A stretch of 64,000 nt of DNA from Nitrospirota bacterium. Lineage in GTDB: Bacteria > Nitrospirota > Nitrospiria > Nitrospirales > Nitrospiraceae. The stretch is from positions 64,001 to 128,000 of the forward strand of contig CAVPGK010000015.1 of the NCBI GenBank assembly GCA_963703955.1. Direction: 5' to 3'. A model generated the notes under the pieces. It had not been told where the DNA came from and made no database searches. It worked only from the letters and a program-made list of their open reading frames with translations. Below are positions 52,414-61,249 of this stretch, piece after piece; positions within the stretch are counted from its first letter, which is position 1, and every line of letters begins with the position of its first letter. The position numbers and the translations under genes were made by a program.

Positions 52414-53892
52414 ATGAAACTGAGTTCTGTTCTCCACCCGCCGCTGATCTTGACCGGGGAAGTCCGCCAGCTACGAGCGTGGAGAATGCCGGATATGATC
52501 ATCTACCAGCACATGACGGATGAATGGTGGTTGACGCCGCTCGACGATCACCTGCCGTTGATCCGGCTCAACCGTGTGGGCATGGAACTTCTCACGGCCA
52601 TGGATGGACACGTCACCGTTGGCGCCTTGCAGGATCGCTATGGGAAATGGGTGTGCGGGCCGGATGGGGAAACAGGGCAATGGCATCTAGAACGATGGTC
52701 TCTCCCCACCTACTCCCTTTGTTATTTCGGAACCGAGCCGCCCACGGGAGATCGACATGGGGCGAAGTGGGACCTGTTGCTGCAACAGGTCCGTGAAGGC
52801 TGGTCCGGACAGAAAGGATTCGAAGGTGCGGATCATCTGTCGGAGTTCCATCTTCGCGAGATTACCAAGCGTGAGGAGCATTTTGATCAGATCGAAACCA
52901 CGGTTTCTCATCTGTTCCGTGAGCCCAGCGAGGCGCTGCAGGGCCTGACGTACGGGCGGCTGCTTGCCAAGCATCTCCGGCGAGTCGGCTGGTGGACGCC
53001 CAAACCTCGGATGATCGTGGAAGTGGGGGCAGGGTTGGGGTACGTCGCGCGGGAGATGGCGAATGAACTATCGCCCGCTGAGCGACAGGGTATCCGCTAC
53101 ATCTTCGTGGACCTTACCCGGCCCTTTGTCGAGTCACAGCTTTCTCTCGCCGAGTCTGGGTGGGACCGCGTCGGTCTTCAGGCCAACGCTGAATGGCTGC
53201 CTTTGCGAGATCAAAGTGTTGACCTTGTCATCGACAATGAAAATCTCGCCGATATGACGCCGGTGCGCTTGAGTCGAGGGGAAGTGGAATCGGGACAGAG
53301 CACACAGCAGTTGCATCAGGAAGCCCTGGATTGGATTCGCCGGGTACGGTTCCCTATTGATCATGTTCTGCCCGATGAGATGATGTTTAACCTGGGACCA
53401 CTCCGCTTTCTCGCAGAATTGTGGCGGGTCTTACGTCCAGGCGGTCGGGCTATCTTGATCGAGTTCGGCATTGAAACCGGATGGCCGGCCCCGGTGAAGC
53501 TACCCGGCCACACCGAGTATGAGGTGCAATACACCCACTTGCGACACGCGGCCCGATGGCTGGGGTTCCAGGAGCGGTATTTCACGCTGCCTCAGTTTCT
53601 TGTGCTGAAACCCGACACACAATTACTGTGCACGGGAGCGGCCTATGCTATTCAACGGTTCTGCACCGCACTCGGTCAATCCTTTTCGATCCGTGCCTAT
53701 ACCGAGGGCGAGCTGAAATCGGTTCTGGGGGACATGCTTCCGAAACTGCTTGGATGCCATTACCATGAGCTGATCGATCCGGCATGGTTTGGCCTTTGGG
53801 ACTTCAAAGTACTGTTGCTTGAAAAACCAGGCGGGGCGCCACGACCTTCATTCCAGGAATCTAAAGGATTTCGTTGGTATTCGCTAAAGTAG
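52414..53892 (+). CDS. Class I SAM-dependent methyltransferase with N-terminal PqqD-like segment
   Basis: VEVGAGLG, FVDLT, ANAEWLPLRDQSVDLV, RVLRPGG; N-terminal RLNRVGMELLTAMDGHVTV. Confidence 0.85.
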   Translation: MKLSSVLHPPLILTGEVRQLRAWRMPDMIIYQHMTDEWWLTPLDDHLPLIRLNRVGMELLTAMDGHVTVGALQDRYGKWVCGPDGETGQWHLERWSLPTYSLCYFGTEPPTGDRHGAKWDLLLQQVREGWSGQKGFEGADHLSEFHLREITKREEHFDQIETTVSHLFREPSEALQGLTYGRLLAKHLRRVGWWTPKPRMIVEVGAGLGYVAREMANELSPAERQGIRYIFVDLTRPFVESQLSLAESGWDRVGLQANAEWLPLRDQSVDLVIDNENLADMTPVRLSRGEVESGQSTQQLHQEALDWIRRVRFPIDHVLPDEMMFNLGPLRFLAELWRVLRPGGRAILIEFGIETGWPAPVKLPGHTEYEVQYTHLRHAARWLGFQERYFTLPQFLVLKPDTQLLCTGAAYAIQRFCTALGQSFSIRAYTEGELKSVLGDMLPKLLGCHYHELIDPAWFGLWDFKVLLLEKPGGAPRPSFQESKGFRWYSLK

Positions 53893-53975
53893 GGTAAGCA
53901 CCGGCCATCGGTTTCGGCGGCCAGTTCAAGATTCTCTTTATCCACTCCTGACAGCAGATGGCTGAAGACTAATGG

Positions 53976-54914
53976 CTACGCGCTCGTCGGACTTATCCGT
54001 CTCGCCAGGTCGATCAAGACGCCCTCACGCAACCCCATATCACTCACCAGGCAATCGTTGAACCCGAGCGTCTCCATGATCGTGCGAAGGATGAGGGTCC
54101 CCGCAACGACCACGTCCTCGCGACCCGCTTCGAGTCCGGGAAGTCCGCGGCGCTGGGCCACCGAACGGACTGACAATTCCCGTTCCAGGTACCGAATCGT
54201 GTCGAGATTCAGTTTGTATTGATGGACGCGGGTCGCGTCGTAGAAGGGCATGCGTTGGGCCATAGCCGCCAGCGTAGTAATAGTACCGGCCGTCCCCACA
54301 AAGGTTGCCCGGCTCACATCTCCCAACATCGGTCGCACACTTTGTGTGAGTTCAGCAACGAGGGTGCCCGCCGCTGCCAACTCCTCTGGCGTCGGCGGAT
54401 CGTGCTTCAACATCCGTTCTGTCAAGCGGACGACCCCCAATTCAAAGGAACGCGCCACTGGTGTGTGACCACCACGATCAAGAATGAATTCCGTGCTCCC
54501 GCCCCCGATGTCCAGCCCAAGAATATCCGACGTGCCCGGGGGCAGGCCGGATCGAATCCCCAACAGAGTTCGGCGGGCTTCCTCTTGCCCAGTGATCACC
54601 TCGACGTCGAACCCGGCTTCCCTCTTGGCCATCGCAAGAAATTCATCTCGGTTGGACGCGTCACGAACGGCGCTGGTGGCTACCACGATATGGCGATCGA
54701 CGTGATAATCCGCGATCATGCCCCGCCACTCTTGCAAGGTTTCGATCACCCGTTTCATCGCGACCGGTTGTAAGATGCGATTGTGATCCACTCCCTCGCC
54801 GAGGCGCAGAATTCGGCGCTCAGCATGCAACTCCGAGAGTTGACCATTGGCCAGTGCCTTCGCGATCAGCAAGCGGCAGGTCAATGTTCCGATATCCACT
54901 CCAGCTAAGATCAT
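53976..54914 (-). CDS. ppx: Ppx/GppA family phosphatase (short form)
   Basis: GVDIGT, RLGEG, ATSAVRDASN, ITGQEEA, DIGGGSTE, GLREG. Confidence 0.92.
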   Translation of the reverse strand: MILAGVDIGTLTCRLLIAKALANGQLSELHAERRILRLGEGVDHNRILQPVAMKRVIETLQEWRGMIADYHVDRHIVVATSAVRDASNRDEFLAMAKREAGFDVEVITGQEEARRTLLGIRSGLPPGTSDILGLDIGGGSTEFILDRGGHTPVARSFELGVVRLTERMLKHDPPTPEELAAAGTLVAELTQSVRPMLGDVSRATFVGTAGTITTLAAMAQRMPFYDATRVHQYKLNLDTIRYLERELSVRSVAQRRGLPGLEAGREDVVVAGTLILRTIMETLGFNDCLVSDMGLREGVLIDLARRISPTSA

Positions 54915-55015
54915 GGCATAATTTCCGTCCGTTGATCGCTGGGCATGGCCGGTCGAACGAAAAGAGTCCGTTTCACCCCGACAAACGATTCGCTGCTCAT
55001 GATTCACAGTTCAAA

Positions 55016-55339
55016 TCAGTTTCCGCTCAGCACATCATCCATTTCCGTCATCAACCGGCGCCGTTCCGCTTTGAGGGTCGTCACCTGGTCCGCGACACGA
55101 ACGATCTCCCGATCCGACAGGATTTGCACAGACGACTCACCTCGTTCATGGAGCTCGACGGCTCGTTCCCCAATGTCACGGCACAGCTCCTTGATTCGAC
55201 GATCGAGCTTGCGCACCTCAAGCCGAAGCTTCAGCAGTTCCGTCTCTTCCAAGACACGATTCGCAGCCCGAACGGTCCCGAACCGCAAGCGGGCCAATCC
55301 GGCCCTCAGGTCATGCTTGATCTGCTGAAGCAATCCCAT
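55016..55339 (-). CDS. Hypothetical coiled-coil protein
   Basis: 107-aa helical ORF; aligns by eye with the N-terminus of 16930-17559. Confidence 0.75.
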   Translation of the reverse strand: MGLLQQIKHDLRAGLARLRFGTVRAANRVLEETELLKLRLEVRKLDRRIKELCRDIGERAVELHERGESSVQILSDREIVRVADQVTTLKAERRRLMTEMDDVLSGN

Positions 55340-55399
55340 GCTTTGCTTTGCTTTCCATTCCCATTGATCCGGGTGCAGAAACAGTCAACCACCAGGGTA

Positions 55400-55486
55400 T
55401 GCGTGGCTGGGCCGCCCTATCTGCGCGCGTTCAATGAGCACTTCTGATGTTCGCGTTGCTTGAGCATGGGGCGGCCCAGCCACGCA
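55400..55486. repeat. Perfect 18-bp inverted repeat with 51-nt spacer downstream of recG
   Basis: TGCGTGGCTGGGCCGCCC (55400-55417) and GGGCGGCCCAGCCACGCA (55469-55486). Confidence 0.85.
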
Positions 55487-55512
55487 CAGATGAAAGCAAC
55501 AGGCACCCGTCC

Positions 55513-58050
55513 TCAACTCACCGTTCCTAACTCCAGCTTCGCCTTCCATTTTCGCAGCATGGCTTCACGCAAGAGCCGATGGGCGGGATCGGCCAAACAC
55601 GGATCGGCATTGATGAGTGAAAAGGCCTCACGGCGTGCCTGCTCCAGCATCGACACATCACGCACGAGGTTCGCCGCGCGAAATTCCGGTGTTCCCCACT
55701 GGCGGACTCCAAAAAATTCCCCCGGGCCCCGAATACGCAGGTCTTCCTCTGCGATGGCAAACCCATCCGTGGACCTGACCAGCGCCTCCAACCGCTGCCG
55801 TGCCAGCGAGGGAAGGAGCGAGGAACTCGCCTCCTGCTCTACACCTCCGTCCCCTCCCCCGTGACCCCTTTCGTACGATGTCAGGAGTAGGCAATAGGAC
55901 TGCTGCGACCCTCGCCCCACTCGCCCTCTCAGCTGATGCAATTGAGCCAGACCGAATCGTTCGGCATGCTCCACCAACATGACTGTGGCGTTCGATACAT
56001 CCACGCCGACCTCGATCACCGTCGTGGTCACAAGAATCTGGATCTCCCGTGCCTTGAAAGCCGCCATCGTCCGTTCCTTGTCTCCCGCTTTCATGCGGCC
56101 ATGCAGGAGTCCAACACGGGAAGCCGGAAAAATCTTTGTCTGCAATTCTTCAGCGGCCTGAATGGCCGCCTGGAGGTCCACCTTCTCCGATTCTTCGACC
56201 AAGGGATACACAACATAGGCTTGGCGGCCGGCTTGCACTTCGTCCCGAAGAATGTGATACGCTCGCCGCCGTTGTGACTGCCGAAACAACCAGGTCCGGA
56301 TCGGCGTGCGTCCGGGCGGCAGGGCATCGATCACCGACACGTCGAGATCTCCGTACACGGTCATGGCCAGCGTGCGTGGGATGGGGGTGGCGGTCAATAC
56401 CAGCACGTCAGGCTGGCACCCCTTGTCCAGCAAGCTCTTTCGTTGCAGCACGCCGAATTTATGTTGCTCGTCAATCACGGCCAGGCCGAGCTTGGCAAAC
56501 CGCACCCCTTTTTGGATGAGGGCGTGGGTGCCGATAATCACGTGAGCGTCCCCTGTCTCGATCTGTTGGAGAGCCGCCTTGCGTTGTGTGGTGGATCGAC
56601 CCCTTTTCACCAAGACGGTCTTCAAGCCAAGCTTCCCTAGAAGGTCACGCACATTCAGGTAGTGCTGCTCCGCCAGGATCTCGGTTGGAACCATAAGGGC
56701 GGCCTGATACCCGGACCCGCAGGCCGTCACCATGGCTTGGAGCGCGACAATGGTCTTGCCGCAGCCGACATCGCCCTGGATGAGACGATTCATCGGGCGG
56801 GGAGCGGCCATGTCACGTTGAATTTCCGAGAGAACACGTTCCTGTGCCTGGGTCAAACGGAATGGAAGCAGCGAGCGCAATTGCGCGAGCAACGGGGTTT
56901 TGATGTGAAACCGAATGCCCTTGGTCTCCTCCTTCACCGACCGCTGGCGCACCGCCAACGCCAGCTCGAGCAGAAACAATTCTTCAAACGCCAGCCGCCC
57001 ATGCGCCGGGGTGGTTCCGCGATCAAGCGCTTCCTGATTTGCCGGTGCCGAAGGAAAATGGACGTCACCCAATGCCGCATGAATGGTAGGCAGCCGGCAT
57101 TGGCTCCGGATGGAATCGGGGAGCAGGTCAGGCATGCCGCTCAGATACTGATCCAGCAGACCTTTGACCATGACACGGATGTGTCGCGAAGTGAATCCCT
57201 TGGTCTCGTGGTAGATGGGGACAATGCGACCGACGTGCAGTGGAATTTCGTGTTCCTCGCCAAGCACCTCGTACTGAGGTCCCTCGATCCGGAGATCGGT
57301 CCATCCTCGCCGCCCCGCCGATATCCGCCCACTCAGCATCACTCGGATACCCGGCTCCAAGACCGACTCGAGATACGACTGATTGAAGAACACGGCATGA
57401 ATCACCCCGGTTGAATCTTCGATGCCGACATCCAGCACCGTCATCCGGCGGTGGGGGATGCGGGTGAGCGTGCGATCGAGGACGCGCCCGCAGATGGTGG
57501 CTTGCATCCCGGGAGCAAGCCGATCAATGGGGGTCACAACAGAACGGTCCTCATACCGCCATGGCAAGAACCACAGAGCCTCTTCAACAGTTCGGATTCC
57601 CAGCCGGGCTAAGAGGAGTGCCCGCTTCGGGCCGACACCTTTGGCAAATTGGATGGGGATCTTCCACACGTCATGTGCGGGAGGCGAGGGGCCAAGGGCC
57701 GGATACAGGAGTCGTTCCGACCTGGTACCTCGCGCCTCGCGCTTCTTGCCTCTTTTCAAGCGATCCAAGATCGCTCGGGCTCCCGCAAGGCGATGCAGAC
57801 GTTCTGCCGCATCGAGCTCCTCATCGAAATCCACAAACAACTGACGCAGCGATAAGAGATCCGCTTCCACATCCGACGGATAGATATGGTCAGCCAACGC
57901 CTGGACGACCTGATGGGACACATACGGTCCCAGATTCTTGACGGCAGCCAGGTTGGCGTACTTGTTGCGGCTCGCGAACTCAATCGGGCGGGCTAAGCGC
58001 TGCACAATATCTTCAAGACGTGGCATGCAAGCGGGCTGGGACGGCTGCAT
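55513..58050 (-). CDS. recG: ATP-dependent DNA helicase RecG with N-terminal extension
   Basis: KGVGPKR, RLIQGDVGCGKT, PTEILAEQH, IDEQHKFG, TATPIPRTL, QLHQLRGRVGRG, DLRIRGPGE. Start 58050 or 58026. Confidence 0.97.
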   Translation of the reverse strand: MQPSQPACMPRLEDIVQRLARPIEFASRNKYANLAAVKNLGPYVSHQVVQALADHIYPSDVEADLLSLRQLFVDFDEELDAAERLHRLAGARAILDRLKRGKKREARGTRSERLLYPALGPSPPAHDVWKIPIQFAKGVGPKRALLLARLGIRTVEEALWFLPWRYEDRSVVTPIDRLAPGMQATICGRVLDRTLTRIPHRRMTVLDVGIEDSTGVIHAVFFNQSYLESVLEPGIRVMLSGRISAGRRGWTDLRIEGPQYEVLGEEHEIPLHVGRIVPIYHETKGFTSRHIRVMVKGLLDQYLSGMPDLLPDSIRSQCRLPTIHAALGDVHFPSAPANQEALDRGTTPAHGRLAFEELFLLELALAVRQRSVKEETKGIRFHIKTPLLAQLRSLLPFRLTQAQERVLSEIQRDMAAPRPMNRLIQGDVGCGKTIVALQAMVTACGSGYQAALMVPTEILAEQHYLNVRDLLGKLGLKTVLVKRGRSTTQRKAALQQIETGDAHVIIGTHALIQKGVRFAKLGLAVIDEQHKFGVLQRKSLLDKGCQPDVLVLTATPIPRTLAMTVYGDLDVSVIDALPPGRTPIRTWLFRQSQRRRAYHILRDEVQAGRQAYVVYPLVEESEKVDLQAAIQAAEELQTKIFPASRVGLLHGRMKAGDKERTMAAFKAREIQILVTTTVIEVGVDVSNATVMLVEHAERFGLAQLHQLRGRVGRGSQQSYCLLLTSYERGHGGGDGGVEQEASSSLLPSLARQRLEALVRSTDGFAIAEEDLRIRGPGEFFGVRQWGTPEFRAANLVRDVSMLEQARREAFSLINADPCLADPAHRLLREAMLRKWKAKLELGTVS

Positions 58051-58119
58051 TGCTCATCCAGACAGAGTGTGGAAACAGACTCGTCCGACCAACGGATATC
58101 CAGAAGTGAGGCTTGCCGG

Positions 58120-58190
58120 AGAAAGCGGGCGTATGCTAACATACGCCTCGTTGGGGTACAAACGAATGAAGAGGTTGTTCAGCAGCCTGC
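58120..58190. repeat. Probable degenerate copy of repeat family A overlapping the rpmB promoter region
   Basis: Hairpin GGCGTATG-CTAA-CATACGCC and terminal GAGGTTGTTCAGCAGCCTGC resemble the family core hairpin and right end. Confidence 0.45.
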
Positions 58191-58208
58191 AAGGAAGGAG
58201 TTCAGATC

Positions 58209-58400
58209 GTGGCCTTTACCTGTGATCTTTGTAACAAACGTCGCCAAGCCGGCCATAATGTGAGTCATGCCAACAACAAGACGAAGCGTGTGTTCAACCC
58301 CAATCTCCAAACCGTTCGCGCTTTAATCAATGGCGCCGCCAAACGCATCCGGGTGTGTACTCGCTGCCTTCGTTCGGGACTCGTCAAGAAGGCAGTCTAA
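58209..58400 (+). CDS. rpmB: 50S ribosomal protein L28 (four-Cys form)
   Basis: [24 protein letters not shown]...[20 protein letters not shown] start. Confidence 0.97.
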   Translation: MAFTCDLCNKRRQAGHNVSHANNKTKRVFNPNLQTVRALINGAAKRIRVCTRCLRSGLVKKAV

Positions 58401-58479
58401 CACGTCGACTCACTCCCAAATCTTCGTCACCGTCTCTCTGCCTGCGCGTGTCATGGTTGTTCCAGAGTTACCGATTGAC

Positions 58480-59031
58480 CTAGAAGCCGACTCCGACGCC
58501 GACACCACCGCGCGCACCGCCGCTACCTCCGCCTCCATAGATACCCCACCGCGGGCCTGACGGTCTTTGATACACCATTCGAGGCTCCCAGACCTTCAGA
58601 TACTTTACCTCGACCGTCGGATATCGATATTCCATCTCGTCGAGGTGCTGAGTCGTCACGCCGACGACCTCACCGACAACGGTGACTCGAGTCTCATCGG
58701 TGACGGTCGCCGGATCGAGGAATTCTTTCTGGATAGCCAAGAAACGACCTTGTGATTCGTTTCGAGGCGACATTGGCTGCCAGTCCTCCAGCGGAAGCTG
58801 CAGCACCTCGAGCTGGGTGCCCTCTTTCAAACGCTTGGCCTTCAACACCTCCCCGCCAAGCACGACGACTTTTCCCCGAAATGAGTCCGGTGACTCTCTG
58901 AGCTGTTCGAAAGTCACGCTCTTGTCGACCTGCGCCTCCAAGGGTTCCGGAATGATGCGCTCGGTCGATGCGCAGCTTGATATGGCACCGGTCAGGAGAA
59001 GGATGGCGGTCAACAATGACGGGAATCGCAT
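58480..59031 (-). CDS. Slp family outer-membrane lipoprotein
   Basis: Lipobox ISSC; GKVVVLGG, LEVLQLPL, SQGRFLA, FLDP, VTVVG, YRYP; Gly-rich tail. Confidence 0.88.
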   Translation of the reverse strand: MRFPSLLTAILLLTGAISSCASTERIIPEPLEAQVDKSVTFEQLRESPDSFRGKVVVLGGEVLKAKRLKEGTQLEVLQLPLEDWQPMSPRNESQGRFLAIQKEFLDPATVTDETRVTVVGEVVGVTTQHLDEMEYRYPTVEVKYLKVWEPRMVYQRPSGPRWGIYGGGGSGGARGGVGVGVGF

Positions 59032-59189
59032 GGAATGACTGTGCCCCATGCCCGCGTCTGAGAGAGGATACCCCTAAGGATCTTTTCAAGACCCTCGTCG
59101 CCGAACAATGGGAAGGCGGTTCGAAATGACGGTGTTATGGCTTCGGCTGAAGACTCACGCCTCGTCGCAGGGAACGATTGGTCTTTTTC

Positions 59190-59834
59190 CTAGTTATGGG
59201 CTTGCCATTGCCGCGCGAGTTCCTGCGCTTTATAGATTTCTTCGGTGGTCATTCTTGCAGCCAGCGTATCTCGATAGGTTAGCGCCTGTTTATCGCCCTG
59301 CGCGCCGGCCAGGTTTGACCACATATGCGCCCTCACGACATCGCGCGGTACCCCGCGACCTTCCGCGTACATTTCGCCAATCTTCAATCGGGCCCGCGCA
59401 TTTCCTTGCTTGGCGGCAATCCGGAAAAAGCGCATGGCTTCCGCATAATCTTGCGGCACGCCAAGACCTTGAAAATAGAGCACGCCCAGTTCGGTTTGTG
59501 CGTCGCTATGGCCCTGATCAGCCGCCTGACGGTAGAACCGTGAAGCCACGACGTAATTTCTCGGAATGCCCTTTCCGGTGGCGTACATGGTCCCGATCTT
59601 AAACTGTACGTCCGGGCTCCCGTCAACGGCCGCAAGACGAAACCACCGCGCAGCCTCATCTTGGTCTGGGTACACACCTTGGCCAACTGCGTACATCGTC
59701 CCTAGCTTGAACTGAGCCTGCGGGTCACCCTGCTCCGCGAGGACACGAGTTCTAGCGACCTCCGTGCAACCGAATTGGCTGAAAGCAAGACTGGCCATCA
59801 AGAGCAGATGAACAATCGCCACGTTCTTCACCAT
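59190..59834 (-). CDS. Sel1-repeat (TPR-like) exported protein
   Basis: Repeats AEQGDPQAQFKLGTMY..GQGV, AADQGHSDAQTELG, AAKQGNARA. Confidence 0.9.
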   Translation of the reverse strand: MVKNVAIVHLLLMASLAFSQFGCTEVARTRVLAEQGDPQAQFKLGTMYAVGQGVYPDQDEAARWFRLAAVDGSPDVQFKIGTMYATGKGIPRNYVVASRFYRQAADQGHSDAQTELGVLYFQGLGVPQDYAEAMRFFRIAAKQGNARARLKIGEMYAEGRGVPRDVVRAHMWSNLAGAQGDKQALTYRDTLAARMTTEEIYKAQELARQWQAHN

Positions 59835-59897
59835 CACCTGGGTCTCCACTGACGACAAGAGGCTCGATTCGCCATCTTCAGACGCTCATGCAAGTGT

Positions 59898-59972
59898 TGG
59901 AGCGGGCGATGGGATTTGAACCCACGACAACTAGCTTGGGAAGCTAGGACTCTACCACTGAGCTACGCCCGC
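59898..59972 (-). tRNA. tRNA-Gly (CCC)
   Basis: GCGGGCGTAGCTCAGTGGTAGAGTCCTAGCTTCCCAAGCTAGTTGTCGTGGGTTCAAATCCCATCGCCCGCTCCA: cloverleaf, anticodon CCC, encoded CCA. Confidence 0.97.
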
Positions 59973-59976
59973 TCTT

Positions 59977-60450
59977 CTATAAAGAATCACTGCTTACGCT
60001 CTCCCCACCTACGACGGCGAGGTCTGGTGTCATTACCGTGTTAGCATGATACGAAGCCACCAGTGCTGCCGCGCGATGAAGGTCTTGCGGTTCGATGGTG
60101 TTGTAGCGTCCGTGCATGCGCTCCGACTTGTGGCCCATTATTCTCATTGCCGTTCCTGTATCCACACCGGCCCGCCGGGAATTCCTACTGGCGATTTGCC
60201 TGAAGTCATGTATCCGCAGGTTCACGATGCGTGCCCGTCGGCAGGCCGCGTTGAAGGCCGTGCCAATCCTTACTAATTGGCTTCCCCTTATACAGGAAAA
60301 CACGCTGGGTGTCCAGACGTCGTTCTTGCCGAAGCGAGGCAAATATCTTACACACTTGTGGTGTCATTGGCACCACACAGTTTTTCCATTTTGGTGTCCC
60401 AAACGGTGAACTCTTTCTGCGGCAGATCCACATCTGACCATTCAGTCACC
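59977..60450 (-). pseudogene. C-terminal relic of a tyrosine recombinase (phage-type integrase)
   Basis: Joined frames give WSDVDL..., TK.G..VVPM, AFNAACRRA, LRIHDFRQ, MRIMGHKSERM..RYN (H-x-x-R, GH, catalytic Tyr). Frameshifted, N-terminus absent. Confidence 0.88.
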
Positions 60451-61139
60451 CACCTTCAACCTTTCCTGGATCGGGCTGACTATCTACGTGAGCATAGCTC
60501 ACAAAAATGTCGCAGGCCGAGTCAGGAACAAAGGTTGGCTTAGGCATATTGCCTCCATCCAAGACGCTTAGGGGGATACCTCCCTCAGTAATTTAATTTA
60601 CACCGATACATCGATTTTTGAAATAGCGACGCAGGAATGAACTTTTTGAGAAATACCTTCAACATGACGCTGAATGCCTCTGTACCTTACCTGTGCCGCT
60701 CGACCACCCCGCTAGTGGAACAATGGTGTCGCCGGGGTTGGGTTGCGCCTGGGTTGTGGATGTGCAGATCGTAAATGCATCGACAGGCGAAAAGTGCAGA
60801 CTTGCTTAAGTTGCATTGCTATATCCGAGGTGGCGAGGTTGATTAAGTTTTCGCACAATAGGCGCGCTATCCGTGACGGTTTGCATTGTCTTGGTAGGAT
60901 ACTCAGCCCTGCAGCCTGTGGTTTTCGCGCAGTTCCATTCACATTTCTTGACAGCTCCATCGCCCGATGCCTGGGCGAGGGGCGGAAGTCGAGGCGTGGG
61001 AAGCTACAGAGGGGGAAGTCGCGGGGTGGGGACGGTTGGGGGTTAGGCCCCAATACAAGGAGAGATGTCACATATGTCCAGCCACATCATAGAACGGCTC
61101 CCAATTCAACTCAGAGAGACAAATTCAGCAGTAGCGGAA

Positions 61140-61249
61140 TGTGAACCCTTATACAGGGGAGGCTCGTCTCGTGCGACCCATGTTGACCACCTCTTGAGTG
61201 AGCAGGCCTCACTCTTTTCGAGGTGTCCACTATTATCGGCGGAGGTTCA
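61140..61249 (-). mobile_element. IS3-family left-end remnant
   Basis: Minus strand TGAACCTCCGCCGATAATAGTGGACACC resembles the left end at 38965, followed by a GAGGT RBS and ATG GGT CGC ACG AGA CGA (orfA stub). Confidence 0.7.
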
